Shown here piece after piece: positions 24,718 through 41,328 of a DNA stretch of 64,000 bases (the stretch's first letter is position 1; the number at the start of each line of letters is the position of its first letter). Made by a program: the position numbers and the translations under genes. This DNA is from Octopus vulgaris (taxonomy: Eukaryota): positions 40,176,001 to 40,240,000 of the forward strand of contig OX597829.1 of the NCBI GenBank assembly GCA_951406725.2, given 5' to 3'. The notes below the pieces were generated by a model. The model worked only from the letters and a program-made list of their open reading frames with translations. It ran no database searches and had not been told where the DNA came from.

Positions 24718-25442
24718 TATATATATATATATATATATATATGGGCGCGTATGTGTGTGTGTGTATAAGGCACGTCTGTATGTTTTTTCAAAGTTTATCT
24801 GCTACGTAAGTATATTCCTGTATGTAGAAAATATACATCCGTTACCAACAATAATAAACATAAACATTAGAATTGAGATTGGTGCATCTGTGTGTATTCA
24901 AGTATCCATGTGTATGGATGTGCGCGTACATATGTAACACGCTGTGTGTGCATAATAACGGCATTGTTTTTAACCGGTTACTGTTAATAAGAAATTTGTA
25001 TTTGAGAGAGAGAGAGAAGAAGAGAGATAAAGCGAGGGGGTAAAAGAAATAGAGGGATCCTTAACGAGTTGTTTTGTACTTATAACGTGTAGCAGGGCCC
25101 TTAGTAACAAAATAAATACTGTAATATTTATTGTTTTCTTACCGCTATTTCATTTATGTTGCTTGTTTATTATAACTGCTGAGCAGTACTTGCTAAACAG
25201 CAGCAGCAGTAGTAGTAGTTGGGTGTGTTTGGTTGATGTTTTTACTGGTGTTATTCTTACTAAACTGGTTCGTTAGTTGTTCGGAGCTGGTTTTTGGTTG
25301 TTGTTGTTCAAACTTGCCCTGTCTTCGTCCCTTACTGATCAAACAAACACATGACGAAAGGAAGAGATCCTGCCATGACCACACCGCGTTTTTTTTTTTC
25401 TTTTTCTTTTCTTTTTCTAGACTACGCTGTCCAATTTCAATA

Positions 25443-25662
25443 TACCTATTTCTTTACTACCCACAAGGGGCTAAACACTGAGAAGGGACAAACAAGGACA
25501 GACAAACGGATTAAGTCGATTACATCGACCCCAGTGCGTAACTGGTACTTAATTTATCGACCCCGAAAGGATGAAAGGCAAAGTCGTCCTCGGCGGAATT
25601 TGAACTCAGAACGTAACGGCAGACAAAATACGGATACGCATTTCGCTCGGCGTGCTAACGTT
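25443..25662 (-). mobile_element. SINE family A monomer
   Basis: Matches the family consensus seen in the window. Confidence 0.9.
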
Positions 25663-26238
25663 TGAAACGACACGATTTTAATTTGAGGGATATTTTAACT
25701 GTTATTTCTTTTTAGCAGGTCGATCGAATATGTAGAGTAGCCATGGGTAAACTGCTGCCCACAGTACATTCTGAATGACATACCTGACGAATAATTACCT
25801 GGAGTTTTTTTAGAGCGGCAAGCCTGATGAATGAGCCATGTCTCCTGCGGCTCGCTTCTTGAAAAAGGTTGCGCAGGCCTGGTGTTTGGGAGTCATTTGT
25901 TTACTCTGAGATTGTACCTGATTGTTGTTATTCTTACTTCTATCTCGAATTAGTAAACCTCTGTTTAAAAGCTTTCCGACCTGTGACTATCTCGCCTTTT
26001 CGAAGATATGTTTGTTATCGGACATGAACTAACGAGCTTTTTTTTTTCCTTATTTAATAAAACAGAGTGGGATTAGTTAGGTTTGAGGAAGATGTGGTTG
26101 CTATTTCTAGCAGAGTGAAGCACCTACAGAGAGGTTTCTTCTTTTATTGACACGAGTTATACTGGTGCTTCGAAATGTTTGCCAAGTATTAACTACAGAA
26201 AAACCACCACCACCAATCATCATCATCAGCATCATCAT

Positions 26239-26239
<1 letters not shown>

Positions 26240-26281
<42 letters not shown>

Positions 26282-26360
26282 TTCTTCTTCTTCTTCTTCT
26301 TCTTCTTCTTCTTCTTCTTCTTCTTCTTCTTCTTCTTCTTCCTCCTCTTCCTTCTCCTCC
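26240..26360. repeat. (CTT)n microsatellite
   Basis: Directly visible. Confidence 0.95.
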
Positions 26361-26746
26361 TACTAAAGTCAACAAAGGAGTTGCTCTCTTTCTCTCACTC
26401 TCTCAACTCTGCAACTTGTCCTGCTAGAAATAATAACCAAAATTCCCTCATATTACATACACTACTGTCACACAAGAAGAAGAACATGTTGAATAGTGTA
26501 CCCTTTCTTTGATGTATGTATGTATGTATGTATGTATGTATGTATGTATGTATGTATGTATGTATGTATGTATGAATGTATGTATGTATGTATGTATGTG
26601 TGTATGTACGTACAAACACAAACACAATGGGATGATTAGAGTTGGAATTCCTTTGATCAAGGCTGATTAAGACTGAACAAAAACCATTACGGCTGTTGCA
26701 GTCGTCAGCATCATCAACATTGTGATAAATAGCATATTGTCAGCAA

Positions 26747-26983
26747 TACCTATTTCTTTATTACCCACAAGGGGCTAAACACAGGGAGGACAAACAAGGA
26801 CAGACATAGGTATTAAGTCGATTACATCGGCCCCCAGTGCGTAACTGGTACTTAATTTATCGACCCCGAAAGGATGAAAGGCAAAGTCGACCTCGGCGGA
26901 ATTTGAACTCAGAACGCAGCGGCAGACGAAATACCGCTAAGCATTTCGTCCGGCGTGCTAACGCTTCTGCCAGCTCGCCGCCT
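26747..26983 (-). mobile_element. SINE family A monomer
   Basis: Complete head and body. Confidence 0.9.
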
Positions 26984-27012
26984 CACCGTCGCCGTCTACA
27001 GCAGCAGCAAGT

Positions 27013-27406
27013 GGAGGCGCAATGGCCCAGTGGTTAGGGCAGCGGACTCGCGGTCGGAGGATCGCGGTTTCGATTCCCAGACCGGGCGTTGTGTGTGTTT
27101 GTTGAGCGAAAACACCTAAAAGCTCCACGATGCTCCGGCAAGGAGTGGTGGCGACCCCTGTTGTACTCTTTCGCTCCAACTTTCTCCCTCACTCTTTCTT
27201 CGTGTTTCTTGTCCCCCGACTTCCTACGCAACCGCTGAGCCTGGATGCGCATTCATCCATCCGTCGATGCTCCTGGTGTCGGGGGTTGACCTGCTCTCTC
27301 TTCTGCGGGTCTTACGAATAGCAAAGGACCACGTTTCGGACTTCTCCCACTACAGAGGCGCGATCTTGCGAGCTCTGGGACGAAGACCGCTTCGCCCACC
27401 AAACAA
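27013..27406 (+). mobile_element. SINE family D, full length, tail type 1
   Basis: tRNA head GGAGGCGCAATGGCCCAGTGGTTAGGGC with A box and B-box-like GGTTTCGATTCCC; TSD ACAGCAGCAGCA at 26998-27009 and 27407-27418. Confidence 0.9.
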
Positions 27407-28229
27407 ACAGCAGCAGCACTACCACTTATGACGATGTCACCATCGAGCCAAAAAATTAAGAGGGCTCTAAGTGGTCGCTTAACCTGCTAAAAATAGCGAC
27501 TGAATCACTTTTCGAATTATGCCATATAGCTTCTTATATTCATTCAATCATACAGTCCTAGATGTAATGTCCAAAAAATAGGACGGCATGGCCATGGGTC
27601 ATGACTAGAATGCTGTTGATCTCATGCCGAATCGATCAGTGTTGATCCTTTTCCTTTGAACGGAGCCTGGCAGGTAGCTAGCTACAAACCCGTCTTTAGC
27701 TCTACGGGCATCAGGCCAATATGCCTTCTTCCAACACCCACTTCCGACACACTTCTTTTAAGCTCTGTATATATAACCTGCTAGAATTAGCAGCCAAATC
27801 TCCCACGTCATACCTTACCGTTTTATTACTTTTTTAAGGTTGCATTGGAAATACGCTGCTTTGCGAAAGAAAAAAATATATATATACCAACCCAAAAGAA
27901 AGAAAAACAAAGGAGCCGGTAGTCGCGATGAGAACATATTTTATTCCCCCTTACTTTTTACTGTGCTCTCTGTCTTACACTAATTGATACTTTCACCATG
28001 GAGATTGGAGTTATTGAAACTCGGTAACTAAAATAAAGTGGCTTCGCGTACTTAACTTCGTTGAACAGGCTCGTGTTCCCAGTTCGTATAGAAGCGATTA
28101 TGTAAACAATGTTAAGTCAATACAAAATCAGCTCTCTCTCTCTCTCTCTCTCTCTCATTTAAACACACACATATACATGCATACAAAAATACATGTATAC
28201 CTTCAAGAATATAATATTATATATATATA

Positions 28230-28835
<606 letters not shown>

Positions 28836-28850
28836 AAACACACACACATG

Positions 28851-28891
<41 letters not shown>

Positions 28892-29151
28892 CGAAAGCAG
28901 TTTTTAGCTTGGTTGCGTGGTAAAAGGTTTGCTTCACGTAATTCCTGGGTCAGACTCTCTATGTTGTAGAAGACCTTGGGCAAGTGTCTTCTACCATAGC
29001 CTCAGGCCAACCAAAGCCTTGTGAATGGATTTGGTCGACGGAAACTGTAAAGAATCACATTGTATGTGTGTATATCGTCTATCTGGATGTTTTGTTGTCC
29101 CTTTTTTTTTTGTCCCTAATTGTGTGGATATTTTGCGTTGTTGTCGCATTT

Positions 29152-29202
<51 letters not shown>

Positions 29203-29857
29203 TAATAAATAAAACATATGCATATATACATACATATATGTACGTACCTACTTCTACATGTATATATACATGCATATATGGGTACAGGAAAAAAAACGTC
29301 GAACACAATGAGAAACGAAAACATAAACACAAAACCAAGGAAATGGACATTTCTTTTAAACGACGAAAAAATAGAGTACAGGACATACAAAACCAGGAAA
29401 ATTCCCCTTCTTCAGTCGCTTTAGTTTCATCTACTTCACGTTTCGAAGGTCAAGGCGATACATGACTTCAATAAAACTTTCCTTCCCGCGAAAATCAAAT
29501 TAAATAAAATTTGAGATTTTTTTGCGGAGGGGTAAAAATGGTAACAAAAACAGGACAGTAACGACTACAAAATATAAACAGTAAAAGACAGGACACGGAG
29601 AATAACAGTAACACAAACAAGAAGGGCTGTTAAGCCAAACGAGATAAAAAAAATTTTACGAACGCTATTATATATATATATATATTGTCAGTAGTTCATA
29701 TATTCGAAGAAACAAAAGAAGCTGACTATAAAACAGAGCAGTAATATATTTTAAGAAGGTTGATTGTTGTGGAGGTCAGAGAATGACCATTGGTTTCGTA
29801 TCTATAAATCATGTGAAACCAATGGTCACTCTCTAACCGGCCATAACAATCAACCTT

Positions 29858-29959
29858 CTATGTATGTATGTATGTATGTATGTATGTATGTATGTATGTA
29901 TGTATGTATGTATGTATGTATGTATGTATGTGTGTGTGTGTATGTACGTATGTATAAGC

Positions 29960-30048
<89 letters not shown>
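29858..30048. repeat. (TATG)n plus (GATA)n compound microsatellite
   Basis: Directly visible. Confidence 0.95.
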
Positions 30049-30049
<1 letters not shown>

Positions 30050-30231
30050 CTGGGTTGATAGATATATGTGTGTGTGTCTATGTTTGTCCTCCCATCACCG
30101 CATGAGAGCTGGTGTTGGTATGTTTACGTCACCGTAAATTAGCGGTTGGGCAAAAAGAATCGATAGAATAAGTTCTAGGCTTTAAAAAAATGTACTGGGA
30201 TTAATTCGTTCAATAACTGAAATAAGTAAAA

Positions 30232-30300
<69 letters not shown>

Positions 30301-30531
30301 GCATACGCACCATATTAATGTAAATAGATTTACACCCAGTTTCCAAATGCAACACGCACGCGCGCACACACACACTTAATTTGTTTTCTGTGGGAAATGT
30401 CTAATTTCTGTCGTGTTGGCGAGTCATAACGCTGAAATCTTTTTAATTTCTTTGGAATATTTCAGTTAAAATAGATTTGTCTTAGTTTTGTACGAATTAA
30501 AGCATGTTGTAGCCAAGTTATATATGTATAT

Positions 30532-30703
30532 AGGCGCAGGAGTGGCTGTGTGGTAAGTAGCTTGTTTACCAACCACATGGTTCCGGGTTCAGTCCCTCTG
30601 CGTGGCACCTTGGGTAAGTGTCTTCTACTATAGCCTCGGGCCGACCAAAGCCTTGTGAGTGGATTTGGTAGACGGAAACTGAAAGAAGCCCGTCGTATAT
30701 ATG

Positions 30704-30742
<39 letters not shown>

Positions 30743-30937
30743 CTGTGTTTGTCCCCCTAGCATTGCTTGACAACCGATGCTGTTGTGTTTATGTCCCCGC
30801 TACTTAGCGGTTCGGCAAAAGAGACCGATAGAATAAGTCCTGGGCTTACAAAAGAATAAGTCCCGGGGTCGAGTTTCTCGATTAAAGGCGGTGCTCCAGC
30901 ATGGCTGCAGTCAAATGACTGAAACAAGTAAAAGAGT
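30532..30937 (+). mobile_element. SINE family B, full length
   Basis: GGCGCAGGAGTGGCTGTGTGG head through the GAAACAAGTAAAAGAGTA tail. Confidence 0.9.
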
Positions 30938-31262
30938 ATATCGAAAAAAAAATGGCACAGCGAGAAGCAAAAACAAAACAAAACAAAAACAATTATAGTA
31001 AAAACTAAAACACAAGTACAAACTGACGCGCGCGCGTTTAATTCATTCGTCGGTTGTCGACTGGATGTCATTACAATTTCCACACTTGGTAACAATGTTG
31101 TTGAATCTGGCCGTGTCAACAGCATGGAGCTGCCAAAATAAACACGAAAATCAGAAAATCGAAGACACTAAAAGAAGTGTATATATGTAAATATACGTGT
31201 ATGTGTGTATATATGTGTGAATATACACACACACACACACATATACATACACACACACACAC

Positions 31263-31731
<469 letters not shown>

Positions 31732-32074
31732 GTTATGAAATTCATGTAAATGTACTACCCGAATGATTCTGAAGAGAAACGGCACGCAAAACAAACCTGC
31801 TGTTGATTTCTCTGAGAGCAGATCTTAGTGTGTGTGTACTCGTACGCACGCGCGCATACACACACATACTGCTAGAATATTGTGGAAATTGTGAGGAATG
31901 GAAATTTCAGATGTTTATGGACGATAGTGGACGAATTTCGGGTTTAACCCTCTCCAGTTGCAGCTGTAATAGCCAAATCTGATTCTTCTTCCATGTGTGG
32001 TGTATCCTGAACTACTACCATTATTCAATGTGTAAATTCATTTTCTCCTACTTTTCGTTTAACCTTTCGCCTTA

Positions 32075-32283
32075 CTTTCTTTACTTGTTTCAGTCAATTG
32101 ACTGCGGCCATGCTGGAGCACCGCCTTTAGTCGAGCAAATCGACCCCAGGACTTTATTCTTTGTAAGCCCAGTACTTATTCTATCGGTCTCTTTTGCCGA
32201 ACCGCTAAGTGACGGGGACGTAAACACACCAGCATCGGTTGTCAAGCAATGCTAGGGGGACAAACACAGACACACAAACATAT

Positions 32284-32346
<63 letters not shown>

Positions 32347-32516
32347 TATATACGACAGGCTTCTTTCAGTTTCCGTCTACCAAATCCACTCACAAGGCAT
32401 TGGTCGGCCCGGAGCTATAGCAGAAGACACTTGCCCAAGATGCCACGCAGTGGAACTGAACCCGGAACCATGTGGTTGGTTAGCAAGCTACTTACCACAC
32501 AGCCACTCCTGCGCCT
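32075..32516 (-). mobile_element. SINE family B, full length
   Basis: Reverse complement of the 30532 copy. Confidence 0.9.
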
Positions 32517-33480
32517 GTTCAAAATACTTTTATAAGTTTTTTCCTCAACCTCCATGCTTGTTTTCAAATTTTAATTAGCTATTTTTTAAATAACGCTTGT
32601 TTAAAAGTTTGCTTTTATTTCTAACGAGTCGTCTAACCACATTAGAGGCTTTACTATTAGGTTCAGTTATTGTTTAACCCCTAACTAATGATCCAGCAGC
32701 CTAAGGACCAAAGGCACCCCCAACTGTAACTGCTCAGTCTTCTTAAATATCTCTATTTACCTTTACAACAATAGAGTATAATTAGAGGTGGGCATGGCTG
32801 ATATTTCCCCGCAGTTTCAACGTTCAGTTTTGATGTTGTCCCGTTCTGTACGTATCATTGTTCTTGCACTTTAATTCCAAGTCGGCTATGATGGAACAGA
32901 CCTGTGATCAAGGACATTCCAGCCGTAACCATCCAGTTTCTTTATGAGTATATAAAAAGTATGTCAGGGGATTATACAGTTTGAATTACCGCATAGATCT
33001 ACCCCTGTCGGGTTTATCCCGTTGACATCGTTCATTAAATTCGGAGTTAGCCATGATCTAACAGACCTATGAAAAAAAAAAGAGGCGTTATATCCATGAC
33101 CATGCCATCTTTTTTTTTTTTTTTTTTTTCTGAGATGGCAGATTGTGTTTTTGAGGAAGATTTAGCTTCTGTTTCTAGCGTTCGAGTGACAGCGTAGAGA
33201 CCGCCCTCGTTGGCGCACGTTCCGGTTGTTGTTGTTGATGTTGAAGCAGTGTCGTTGGGAAATGTAATTCACTGAAAAATATGCTGCTGCTGCTAACACA
33301 CAAACACAAACACGCACGCACATACTTATAATATGCATGACATAACTTTTATAGGCTTCACTGCATCCTGCCGCACATGTAAATAGTCTCTTATGCGAGT
33401 GTGCACTTGTGTGTGTTCGCTGCTAGAATCTGACAACATTCAACATGTGTACAGTTATATAACCATTCTAAAGTGATGTA

Positions 33481-33523
<43 letters not shown>

Positions 33524-33607
33524 CTCTCTCTCTCTCTCTCTCTGGTTCAAGATTTTGCGGTTGGAAAATGTGAAACCAAGAAGAACCAAGCACATTTTTA
33601 ATACATT

Positions 33608-34023
33608 GGATCTTTTCGGTTTGAACGGCAGTTTTTTCTAGAGGTGTTATATGAAATTGTCACCCATAATTATGACCCTAGTATCGATCTATTGCATTTC
33701 AATCTATTTTAGGGTTAGGGGTGGGGGGAAGGGTATCTTTTTTTCTTTACAAATGTAAATAAACCCAATCTGTTTCTTAAACGAGGGACATATTCATACG
33801 GCACAGAATGTTTTTCACCTCAATAGACGTCATTGATTGGTTGAAATTGCAGAAATTGAAGGAAAAAAACCCCAACAAATATCTTACAAACTACAGAATT
33901 TTCTCAAGAAAGCCAAGAGAAATAGATGTTTTATAAACACATTCTACCAGTATACGAAGTTTAAAAGTGTTTAGTTACATGGAAATTATTTTAAAAAACT
34001 GCCGGTCAAACCGAAAAAGATCC
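33608..34023 (+). mobile_element. MITE family E
   Basis: Complete TIRs; perfect 8-bp TSD AATACATT. Confidence 0.95.
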
Positions 34024-34389
34024 AATACATTTTGTCAACAATTTTCGACAACTTACATCTAAATAATTTCTGATGATGAAGTAAAGGCGCCTTTTTAGTT
34101 ACCCCCACGAACTCGGGCCTGCCCTATACAATACCTGTAATCTCCTTTATCGTTCATTCATATGTATCTTTCACTTGTTTCTGTTATTAGTCTGTGGTCA
34201 TACTGGGGCACCGCTTTGAAGAATTTTTAGTCAAATGTATGGACCTCAATACTTATTGTTTTTAAAGCCTGATATTTATTCTATTGTTCTCTTTGTCAAA
34301 CCGCTAAGTTAAAGGGACGTAGATACAACAACACCAGTTGTCAAGCGGTGGTGGGGAACAAACACGGGAACAGAGACTCTCTCTCCCTC

Positions 34390-34424
<35 letters not shown>

Positions 34425-34425
<1 letters not shown>

Positions 34426-34640
34426 CCGTTTGCCACCTCCGTCTGGCACCTGTGCGGGTGGCACGTAAAAAGCACCCACTACACTCACGGAGTGGTTGGC
34501 GTTAGGAAAGGCATCCAGCCGTAGAAACACTGCCAGATCAGACTGGGCCTGATGCAGCCTTCTGGCTTCACAGACCCCAGTTGAACCGTCCAACCCATGC
34601 TAGCATGGAAAGCGGACGCTAATTGATTATGATGATGATG
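34425..34640 (+). mobile_element. SINE family C nested in an older SINE-B (about 34168-34960, minus strand)
   Basis: GTGGCACGTAAAAAGCACC...GTTAGGAAAGGCATCCAGC...(GAT)n; SINE-B halves lie on either side. Confidence 0.8.
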
Positions 34641-34995
34641 ATTTATCTGCATATATGAGTACAGGACGTCACCAACTGAGCAAGCAACATGAAATACGTA
34701 AACAGACAAGTTAAATATATAAACAATGAAAGAAAAAAAATGGATGTGTTATAGCAAAAGTGCAGATAATTTTTGACTTCCCCTCATATATGTTTAATAG
34801 GCTTCTTTCTCTTTCTGTCTACGAATCCATTCATAAGCCATTGGTTGGCATGAGGGTATGGTAGAAGAGACTTGCCCAAGGTGCCACACAATAGGACTGA
34901 AAACCAAACCATGAGGTTTGCAGACAAGCTTCTTACTCCACACAGTCACGCCTGTGCCTATATGCACACACACATGAACACACACACATATATAT

Positions 34996-35286
34996 ACTCT
35001 TTTACTTGTTTCAGTCATTTGACTGCGGCCATGCTGGAGCACCGCCTTTAGTCGAGCAAATCGACCCCGGGACAAACACAGACACACAAACATATACACA
35101 CACATATATATATATATACATATATACGACAGGCTTCTTTCAGTTTCCGTCTACCAAATCCACTCACAAGGCATTGGTCGGCCTGGGGCTATAGCAGAAG
35201 ACACTTGCCCAAGATGCCACGCAGTGGGACTGAACCCGGAACATGTGGTTGGTTAGCAAGCTACTTACAGCACAGCCACTCCTGCA

Positions 35287-35290
<4 letters not shown>
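34996..35290 (-). mobile_element. SINE family B with an internal deletion at GGGAC microhomology
   Basis: TCGACCCCGGGACAAACACAG joins two segments that are about 110 bp apart in full copies. Confidence 0.85.
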
Positions 35291-35324
<34 letters not shown>

Positions 35325-35478
35325 TGTGCGCAATTATACTATATAATATAATATTGTGATTGAATTGTGGAGTGGGCCGAAGGTTGATGACCAGCCAATA
35401 AATATAAAATTATGCAGCAGTAAGCAATAATAAAAATCCAGCTATCTATATATTAAAGTTATTCATTCTAATAGGCAG

Positions 35479-35535
<57 letters not shown>

Positions 35536-35658
35536 TATATATATATGTGCAACTATGTTACAATGCATAAAATCTCTGTGTCGGTCTGCTCTTTCATCTT
35601 GCAGTTAGTTTTATTAGAAACTCAAGTTACCTTTTGGTGTGGATAGTTATTAACTTCT

Positions 35659-37068
<1,410 letters not shown>

Positions 37069-37444
37069 TAAGAGGGCTAGCAGCAGGCTGCTTTGCCTCA
37101 TACCGAAGGAATTTTGGAGGGAAAATTTACGTTCCCAGTCGTTACTTAATTTTAACATCTGCACACTTCCCCCCACTATCTGATGTCACTGTTTGGTAAA
37201 TCTATCGAATATAGCGCCGATGAAGGAAATCAAAATACTTTTCTGAGTTTGTGATCCAGAAACATGTTCATTATTAACGGTAAGTGACTGTTTGCGTCTA
37301 TTTGCTACTCCGGTTTTGTGTATGTGAGCCGCACGGACCTTCGTTTTTGGAATCTCCACTTACAGAAAATGGAAAAAACAGTCTTTGACTGCCATTTCTA
37401 ATTCCTTCGGTTTGAGGCGAAGCAGCCTGCTGCTAGCCCTCTTA
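37069..37444. mobile_element. Fold-back element with about 45-bp terminal inverted repeats (possibly Penelope-derived)
   Basis: TAAGAGGGCTAGCAGCAGGCTGCTTTGCCTCATACCGAAGGAATT and AATTCCTTCGGTTTGAGGCGAAGCAGCCTGCTGCTAGCCCTCTTA. Confidence 0.7.
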
Positions 37445-37650
37445 TTTACTTTACTATATACTGAACCTTACAAAGTTCCTGACGATGAATTTGTCGTATT
37501 TACATACCGAAATTTACCGGTAAATAATTGTTGGTTACATGAAAAACCACAGAAAAATTATTTACAATTTTTATTGCATTATATATTATATATATATATA
37601 TACATATATATATAATATATATATATATATATACTACATATATATAATAT

Positions 37651-38023
<373 letters not shown>

Positions 38024-38542
38024 TTCTTGGGTAACCTTAGTTCTGTTAGACTGTATGGCAGGTTGTAGTGACAATATATGGAGAATTTTTAATGATTAAA
38101 TTTGCAGAAGTGGTAATTGTTAGAATTTATTCATGCATGTAGAACTTTGTAGCTAGGTGTGTATGTTTAGGTATGTCAGCTTCAGGTCATAAGAATTCAC
38201 AAAACAATGTAGTTAGGTTGTTTGGTCAATAAATCTGTCACTTGGTTTGGTTGTTATTTGTTTTATTTAAATTTTTGTAGGATATTTACCATTTGTTTTG
38301 AGAATCTAGTAATTAAATTATATATTATGCACTTTATTAGATTTTGTTATGCACGTCATCTTCCATCCATGGAAAAATCGTCTTGAATAAAACCAGTCAA
38401 CAGTGCAAAAATGTTTGGGGACTGCTGCTCTGGTGATGTAAGCCTTACTCTTATGACAGTGAATACAATATCTCTTAACATATTGTAGGCAGAATGTTCC
38501 CCGGAGAAACCACTTAGTATATGTCCTCTGTGTTTCAGTTTC

Positions 38543-38960
38543 TTATTTCTTTATTGCCCACAAGGGGCTAAACATAGAGGGGACAAACAAGGACATACAA
38601 AGGGACTAAGGCGATTACATCGACCCCAGTGCATAACTGGTACTTAATTTATCAACCCCGAAAGGATGAAAGGCAAAGTCGACCTCGGCGGAATTTGAAC
38701 TCAGAATGTAACGGCAGACGAAATACCTATTTCTTTACTGCCTTCAAGGGGCTATACACAGAGGGGACAAACAAGGACAGACAAACGGATTAAGTCGATT
38801 ATATCGACCCCAGTGCATAACTGGTACTTAATTTATCGACCCCGAAAGGATGAAAGGCAAAGTCGACCTCGGCGGAATTTGAACTCAGAACGTAACGGCA
38901 GATGAATTACCGTTAAGCACTTCGCCCAGCGTACTAACATTTTTGCCAGCTCACCGCCTT
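38543..38960 (-). mobile_element. SINE family A dimer
   Basis: Head plus two bodies joined at GACGAAAT/ACCTATTTC. Confidence 0.9.
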
Positions 38961-39600
38961 ATTTGTTTCAGTTCCTGTCTGCCGAATCTACTGACATGAC
39001 TTTGGTTGGCCTGAGGCTATTGTAGAAGGCACTTGCCCAAGGTGCCATACAGCTGGACTGAACCTGAAACCATGTGGTTGAAAAGCAAGTTTCTTACCAC
39101 ACAGCCTTGATTGTTCAATCTTTTTTTTTTCTTACCTATGTCATAGCACATCCTTTAAAAAATTTTTTTTTTGTTCCTCTTTTCCATGCAGTTACCTTCT
39201 CAGATCAGAACAGTCACTCATATTCACCAAATAATTTTGTTTTACCTCTTGCTTAAACAAATTCTCACTGATTTTTCCTTTTTTCTTATGTATGTGTCTT
39301 TCATATCCATGAAGAATTGTCGTTCTCTACTTTTCTCTACAGTTCATCAATCACTGTTCTGCTATCTTTCCCAAGTCTAATTTCAACAGGGTTATGTACG
39401 TAGTTAATCTAGCTATAAATTCAACGTGTATTCCATCTTCACAGGAAACCCCATACACAATAATGCTCACACAACTTCTCAACCTTTTATCATTGAAATT
39501 ACTCTGTCAGTCAAATGTAATGCTTATTCATTCACATTTTGAGAGTGCAATGATGTGATTGTTTATTTTTAGAATGGTGCTGAAGGGTAGGTGTGAAAGA

Positions 39601-41328
39601 CCAGATCTGGTCAATTTGAACACAAAACAGGTTGAATATTTGGAACCAGATCTGGTCAGTTTAAACACAAAATAGGTTGAATATTTGGAACCAGATTTGG
39701 TCAGTTTAAACACAAAACAGGTTGAATATTTGGAACCAGATTTGGTCAGTTTAAACACAAAACAGGTTAAATATTTGGAACCAGATTTGGTCAGTTTAAA
39801 CACAAAATAGGTTGAATATTTGGAACCAGATTTGGTCAGTTTAAGCACAAAACAGGTTGAATATTTGGAACCAGATTTGGTCAGTTTAAACACAAAATAG
39901 GTTGAATATTTGGAACCAGATTTGGTCAGTTTAAACACAAAACAGGTTGAATATTTGGAACCAGATTTGGTCAGTTTAAACACAAAACAGTTTGAATATT
40001 TGGAACCAGATTTGGTCAGTTTAAACACAAAATAGGTTGAATATTTGGAACCAGATTTGGTCAGTTTAAGCACAAAACAGGTTGAATATTTGGAACCAGA
40101 TTTGGTCAGTTTAAACACAAAATAGGTTGAATATTTGGAACCAGATTTGGTCAGTTTAAACACAAAACAGGTTGAATATTTGGAACCAGATTTGGTCAGT
40201 TTAACCCTTTAGTGTTCTGATTATTCTATCAAACATAATGCCTATTGATTCCTATTGATTTGAATTAATCATGCATTATCTCATATCTTCAAGATCTTGA
40301 TGGTGTAATTACCTAATGTAGAATAACATTGTAGGGTAGGTGTGAGAGCCTGGATCTGGTCAGTTTGAACATAAAACAGATTAACTATTTTGGCCGGATA
40401 TGGCCGGTTTAAATACTAAAGGGTTAAACACAAAATAGGTTGACTATTTGGAACTAGATTTGGTCAGTTTAAACACAAAATAGGTTGAATATTTGGAACC
40501 AGATTTGGTCAGTTTAAACACAAAACAGGTTGAATATTTGGAACTAGATTTGGTCAGTTTAAACACAAAACAGGTTGAATATTTGGAACTAGATTTGGTC
40601 AGTTTAAACACAAAATAGGTTGAATATTTGGAACCAGATTTGGTCAGTTTAAACACAAAACAGGTTGAATATTTGGAACCAGATTTGGTCAGTTTAAACA
40701 CAAAACAGGTTGAATATTTGGAACTAGATTTGGTCAGTTTAAACACAAAACAGGTTGAATATTTGGAACTAGATTTGGTCAGTTTAAACACAAAACAGGT
40801 TGAATATTTGGAACCAGATTTGGTCAGTTTAAACACAAAACAGGTTGAATATTTGGAACCAGATTTGGTCAGTTTAAGCACAAAACAGGTTGAATATTTG
40901 GAACCAGATTTGGTCAGTTTAAACACAAAATAGGTTGAATATTTGGAACCAGATTTGGTCAGTTTAAACACAAAATAGGTTGAATATTTGGAACCAGATT
41001 TGGTCAGTTTAAACACAAAATAGGTTGAATATTTGGAACCAGATTTGGTCAGTTTGATTACAAAACAGGTTGAATATTTGGAACCAGATTTGGTCAGTTT
41101 AAGCACAAAACAGGTTGAATATTTGGAACCAGATTTGGTCAGTTTAAACACAAAATAGGTTGAATATTTGGAACCAGATTTGGTCAGTTTAAACACAAAA
41201 CAGGTTGAATATTTGGAACCAGATTTGGTCAGTTTAAACACAAAATAGATTGAATATTTTCAGCCAGACCTGGTCAGTTTGATTACAAAACAGGTTGAAT
41301 ATTTTGAGCCAGATCTGATCAGTTTAAA
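39601..41328. repeat. 45-bp tandem repeat (minisatellite), about 33 copies
   Basis: Unit CCAGATTTGGTCAGTTTAAACACAAAA(C/T)AGGTTGAATATTTGGAA; 13 full units, 1 interrupted unit, 19 full units and a partial unit. Confidence 0.97.
40201..40427 (+). mobile_element. piggyBac-type MITE (family P) inserted at a TTAA in unit 14 of the array
   Basis: TTAA duplicated at 40201-40204 and 40424-40427; removing the insert restores an intact 45-bp unit. Confidence 0.95.

Noticed and set aside
25822-25870. Hammerhead at CCTGATGAATGAGCC...GGCTCGCTTCTTGAAA
   Set aside because: GAAA does not follow the stem directly and no stem I or III pairing could be found.
27013-27085. Functional tRNA gene (also the heads of SINE-A and SINE-B)
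   Set aside because: A and B boxes are present, but there is no proper acceptor stem or terminator and the sequence runs into a SINE body with tail and TSD.
39528-41241. Repeat-protein ORFs (FKLTKSGSKYSTCFV)n of 211 and 265 aa
   Set aside because: A 45-bp unit is a multiple of three and lacks stops in one frame by chance; the starts are non-ATG and the sequence derives from a MITE.
39601-41328. CRISPR-like array
   Set aside because: Units are contiguous 45-mers with no unique spacers, there are no cas genes, and the context is eukaryotic.
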